Virus record (IMG/VR): IMGVR_UViG_3300016484_000064
Location: 1-31,927 of that record
Source: a virus
Strand: one strand, 5' to 3'
DNA length: 31,927 nt
Part shown: positions 29,139-31,927 of the stretch, piece by piece
Layout: each line of letters opens with the position of its first letter
Numbering within the stretch: the first letter of the stretch is position 1
Program-made: the position numbers and the translations under genes
Notes under the pieces: generated by a model
Databases searched by the model: none
Told to the model about the DNA's origin: nothing
What the model saw: the letters and a program-made list of their open reading frames with translations, nothing else

Positions 29139-30173
29139 CTAAAAAATGTGTGTCAAACGGGCAACCTGACCAAATTCTTTATGATGAATAAAGCCCTCGA
29201 CTGCTTTAGGCACTCCTGTATAACCATTACGACTATGCCAAGAGTCAGTTCCTGATGGACTTCTTAAAGATTCTACAGTAACACCGATGTAATCTTTTGA
29301 CGTTTTATGATGAACGTGATGCGTGTAAACATAGCGGTGTTTAGTCTGACTCCACTCTACAGGAAACTCCGTAGCCATCAATAAAGGTAAGTCTTGATGT
29401 TTCGCTCCATCTCCGTGAGTCGTGCCGATAAGGTTCTTTCCGTATTGGAAGCCTTTTCTATGTGCAATAGAGCAGTCAAAAGATATGCTCTTGCAGTCTT
29501 TAAACCAAGTCTGAATAACGTCAGCAAGAAAAAAGCCGTGAGTATAATCGTGATTTGAGGGATTGAAAGTGAAATGTACATCAGCCACCCCAATGAGTTT
29601 TTCAAGAATTTCGACATAGAGTTTTTTAGCTATTAGAAAGTTAGTGTACCACATTCCGTCAGTGTCTTGAGGAGTTCCTGACGTTGTAGTCCGTCTTGGA
29701 GTATCGATGTGAAGGATGTCGTTTCCGCCTATAAACAAAATCTTGTCGATATGAAATCCACTCGCTTTATCTAAAATGCCTTGTACGCCCTCTAAGACAC
29801 GTTGTACTGCAATTTGATTGTTGTATACTTCTCCTACTTCGAAAGCATCGCAGAGCTTACCTATGTGGATGTCAGCAGGGTCTATTACTAATAAGTGTCC
29901 GTCTTTGCTTTGTGTCCGTGTTATTACAGGATATTTCGGTGCATAAACACGAATTTCATCTAATATAGATTCACGTATCTTCTCGTAGTTCTGCTCTTCC
30001 TGTTCCTTAAAGTTTGGATTTTTGAAGAACAATGAAGCCTTTTTAGATTTTAGCCAACCGTGTTTTACGTCAGCATCGTTTAAGCCCATCTCATTGGACT
30101 CTCTTTGAATTGCACGGTATTGAGAAACTATCTCAAATTCTTCTCGTGTAATTCTCGGTCTGAATTTACTCAT
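29139..30173 (-). CDS. Calcineurin-like metallophosphoesterase
   Basis: 344-aa ORF with ordered motifs: DPADIH (DxH), GGNDILH (GD-like), NPSNHD (GNHD-like), TTHGDG and HHVHH. Its ATG overlaps the spanin-candidate TGA (ATGA). Confidence 0.65.
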   Translation of the reverse strand: MSKFRPRITREEFEIVSQYRAIQRESNEMGLNDADVKHGWLKSKKASLFFKNPNFKEQEEQNYEKIRESILDEIRVYAPKYPVITRTQSKDGHLLVIDPADIHIGKLCDAFEVGEVYNNQIAVQRVLEGVQGILDKASGFHIDKILFIGGNDILHIDTPRRTTTSGTPQDTDGMWYTNFLIAKKLYVEILEKLIGVADVHFTFNPSNHDYTHGFFLADVIQTWFKDCKSISFDCSIAHRKGFQYGKNLIGTTHGDGAKHQDLPLLMATEFPVEWSQTKHRYVYTHHVHHKTSKDYIGVTVESLRSPSGTDSWHSRNGYTGVPKAVEGFIHHKEFGQVARLTHIF

Positions 30174-30613
30174 AGTGTGTATTTAGCAAACTTCATCAGG
30201 TATCTTGCAAGGAATCCCATTCCAAAGCCTATTATAAACAACCAAAGATTTGGTTTTGCGTTTTTTTTCTTTTCAGTTTTCCACTTAACTACTTCGACTT
30301 TTTCAAGCATTTTAATGGTATCTCGTTTTAGTCTATACTCAATACGTGTCTCAAATCGTGTTTTAGGTACTTTAGAAGCCTTGTAACGAACGATTGTGTC
30401 TTTTTGGACTAATACCCTTTCCCACGCAATAGAGTCTCTTAAAACGTACGGAATTGAGTCAACAGAAGTTATCGTAATTGTATCAGCGATAGTGTCGCAA
30501 GAGTAGCCTTTCTTTATTGCTTTGCGCAAATGGTAGTTTGCCGAACATCCTGTCACAATTATTGCAAAAATAAGTGACAAAAAACAGAAGGTATAGCTTG
30601 AAAATTTTTTCAT
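30170..30613 (-). CDS. Unimolecular spanin candidate (lipoprotein with a C-terminal transmembrane anchor)
   Basis: 147-aa ORF. It has a signal peptide with the lipobox IVTG-C and a C-terminal hydrophobic helix (LWLFIIGFGMGFLARYL). It lies immediately after the endolysin gene. Confidence 0.5.
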   Translation of the reverse strand: MKKFSSYTFCFLSLIFAIIVTGCSANYHLRKAIKKGYSCDTIADTITITSVDSIPYVLRDSIAWERVLVQKDTIVRYKASKVPKTRFETRIEYRLKRDTIKMLEKVEVVKWKTEKKKNAKPNLWLFIIGFGMGFLARYLMKFAKYTL

Positions 30614-30625
30614 TTTTTTAAGGCT

Positions 30626-31090
30626 TTAGGCTGAAATTTCGAAGTGCATCCAATCATAATTCTTTTCTTTACCAAGTGAAATAAATCCGTGTTTGTAGAA
30701 AATTTCTATCATCGGAGCGTATTCAGGTCGGGCAAATCTTGCAGTCTTAAAAGTTTCCTTCAATGTGTTGCGTGCAGGGTCTAAATCAATAGCGATACCC
30801 CAAGCGTGCTTACTCCAAGACGAACCACCACGCATTTTACGAAAGTTAAAACATCCTCCGTAAAGGTCGATACCAAGCTCAACGATACGTTCGTACCCAT
30901 ACACTTCTAAAAGTTCGTTAAACACGCTTAAAAACGCATCTGCGACGTCCTTATGGCAACGCATCTTTGTTACTTTAGAATTAGTATCCCAAGCAATACG
31001 CATCGGGTACGGTAGGTTGATAGTTTTTAGATACGTTCCTTTTTCGTTAGGTTGTCCGTATTTCTGTAAGGCTTGTGCGGTTGTTAGCAT
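30626..31090 (-). CDS. Endolysin, M15 (VanY-like) zinc peptidase
   Basis: 154-aa [16 protein letters not shown] and DWMHFE are the M15 metal-ligand motifs. It lies in the lysis cassette. Confidence 0.8.
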   Translation of the reverse strand: MLTTAQALQKYGQPNEKGTYLKTINLPYPMRIAWDTNSKVTKMRCHKDVADAFLSVFNELLEVYGYERIVELGIDLYGGCFNFRKMRGGSSWSKHAWGIAIDLDPARNTLKETFKTARFARPEYAPMIEIFYKHGFISLGKEKNYDWMHFEISA

Positions 31091-31125
31091 ATATTAAGTG
31101 TTTTTCTCCTTAATTAAGTAAATAA

Positions 31126-31150
31126 CCCCCGACAACAGTATCATCGGGGG
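31126..31150 (-). other. GC-rich hairpin in the holin-endolysin spacer
   Basis: Perfect 7-bp stem CCCCCGA / TCGGGGG with an 11-nt loop. UUAUUUACUUAAUU follows on the minus-strand transcript. Confidence 0.6.
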
Positions 31151-31230
31151 ATGCTCGGTGTTCACCAAAGTGAGCAGTCGAGTGGAGTGCGGTTTAATCG
31201 GTTTACTCAACCAATAACTTGCACCGTCAG

Positions 31231-31653
31231 TTATTTTAATTCCTCTACTTGCTCTTTGCTACGTTTAACAAAGGCTATAAACTTATCCCAAACATTGATA
31301 CCTGTAACTGAAAAGTAACTCTCGTTGATTGATTTTACTTCCGTGAATACGCAGAACGCAGTAAAGGCTTTTGTCATTACCAAGTCAACTGAAATGAAAT
31401 AGCTTAATAAATCGGCTAAGATGAACTTTTCAAGTAAATAGATAAATACTATCGCACCGCTATACAAAAGGCTCTTAGAAATCGTATTAGAAAGTCTACG
31501 GGAGCGTATTGATGCCCATCCGTTTTTTCGTACGCTGCGCCAAATGCCAAAACACATATCGAGGATAATAGTTGCAACTGCCATAAGCACCATTGGCTTA
31601 ATGGGCGCTAACACGGACACCATAGAAAGAATAAAGAGAGATTTAGTTTTCAT
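31231..31653 (-). CDS. Holin (Phage_holin_4_1-like)
   Basis: 140-aa ORF with multiple hydrophobic helices. DMCFGIWRSV...SNTISKSLLY and FTEVKSINES resemble the LL-H-type holin family pattern. Confidence 0.65.
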   Translation of the reverse strand: MKTKSLFILSMVSVLAPIKPMVLMAVATIILDMCFGIWRSVRKNGWASIRSRRLSNTISKSLLYSGAIVFIYLLEKFILADLLSYFISVDLVMTKAFTAFCVFTEVKSINESYFSVTGINVWDKFIAFVKRSKEQVEELK

Positions 31654-31801
31654 ATCCGTTTAAAATATGCCAAGTAAAGTAAAATGCCATACAAGCGGCA
31701 AAGAGTTTATGGTAAAGCGTAGTTCCTTCGTATATCAACGCAATGCAGGTTGCGTAACCGCATAAGAAGTACATTGAGCCGATTGCGTCTTTATGATTCA
31801 T
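31643..31801 (-). CDS. Small two-helix membrane protein, 52 aa (MNHKDAIGSMYFLCGYATCIALIYEGTTLYHKLFAACMAFYFTWHILNGYEN)
   Basis: Its ATG shares a base with the upstream TAA (TAATG at 31799..31803), and its stop overlaps the holin start by 11 nt. Below the ORF-track cutoff. Confidence 0.5.
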   Translation of the reverse strand: MNHKDAIGSMYFLCGYATCIALIYEGTTLYHKLFAACMAFYFTWHILNGYEN

Positions 31802-31927
31802 TAGAATAGAGTTCGTATTGGTTTAGGAATGTAGATAGTCAAAGGCAAATCTTTTACCCATTGAGTATCGGGATTAATAGTGTTTGCAATCTCCTCTACT
31901 GATATTATCCAATTGTCGTTAAGGTCT
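31801..31927 (-). CDS. Hypothetical protein, 3' part of the junction-spanning 83-aa ORF (see 1..147)
   Basis: In frame with 1..147 once the 22-bp duplicate is collapsed. It ends at a TAA at 31801..31803. Confidence 0.6.
   Translation of the reverse strand, partial: DLNDNWIISVEEIANTINPDTQWVKDLPLTIYIPKPIRTLF
31906..31927. repeat. Terminal direct repeat, copy 2 (identical to 1..22)
   Basis: Exact 22-bp match to the window start. Confidence 0.95.

Noticed and set aside
31091-31230. Possible tRNA or tmRNA-like gene in the GC-rich lysis spacer, and tRNAs elsewhere
   Set aside because: I could not build an acceptor stem plus T-arm (no GTTCRANNC-type loop with flanking stems) here or anywhere else in the window. 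GGGTTCGAT at about 13410 lies inside a coding region and lacks cloverleaf partners.
1-31927. Lysogeny module, CRISPR array, or classic defence / anti-defence operon
   Set aside because: I recognised no integrase, excisionase, CI-type repressor with a divergent promoter, att-like repeat, or regularly spaced repeat array. All genes are co-oriented. The only candidates in this category are the methyltransferase, the phosphoesterase and the small early proteins, which are discussed as findings.

Overview
The window appears to be one complete tailed dsDNA phage genome of about 31.9 kb. The same 22 bp sits at both ends (1..22 and 31906..31927), and an 83-codon ORF reads cleanly across the join. The sequence is therefore circular or terminally redundant, with a unit length of 31,905 bp. 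Every credible gene is on the minus strand and packing is very tight, with many ATGA or TAATG stop/start overlaps.

The host is probably a Bacteroidota (Flavobacteriia-like) bacterium. Start codons have A-rich, Shine-Dalgarno-free leaders, and the Bacteroidota -7 promoter box TAnnTTTG occurs in each of the six intergenic gaps I checked.

In transcription order (descending coordinates) the layout is:
- Early operon: promoter near 28835, then small unknown genes, a DnaA-domain-IV-like protein, a replisome organiser and a DnaB-like helicase.
- Still in the early operon: a C5 methyltransferase, NinG, an Erf annealing protein, a free-standing HNH endonuclease and a YqaJ exonuclease.
- End of the early operon: a MazG-like protein, small membrane peptides, a mini-SSB and an HTH protein, closed by a terminator at 19500..19525.
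- Late operon: promoter at 19461, then an ECF-like sigma factor, TerS, TerL and a chaperone-like gene with a U_UUU_UUU slip site.
- Morphogenesis genes: tail and fibre genes, tape measure, XkdF protease, scaffold, capsid, a portal-MuF fusion and a second fibre.
- Lysis cassette and end: a small 2-TM protein, holin, M15 endolysin and a unimolecular-spanin candidate, then a metallophosphoesterase and a terminator at 29075..29099.

No integrase, repressor/att module, tRNA, rRNA or CRISPR array was seen.

All functional calls come from motif recognition by eye. No database search was run, so gene boundaries are much more secure than product names.

The items most worth follow-up are:
- The dual-frame region downstream of the slip site.
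- The phage sigma factor at the early/late switch.
- The DDDLPF-tailed mini-SSB.
- A promoter-plus-terminator structured RNA candidate at 27067..27171.
- The repeat-rich regulatory hub at 28795..29138.
- Several tightly coupled small ORFs missing from the ORF track.
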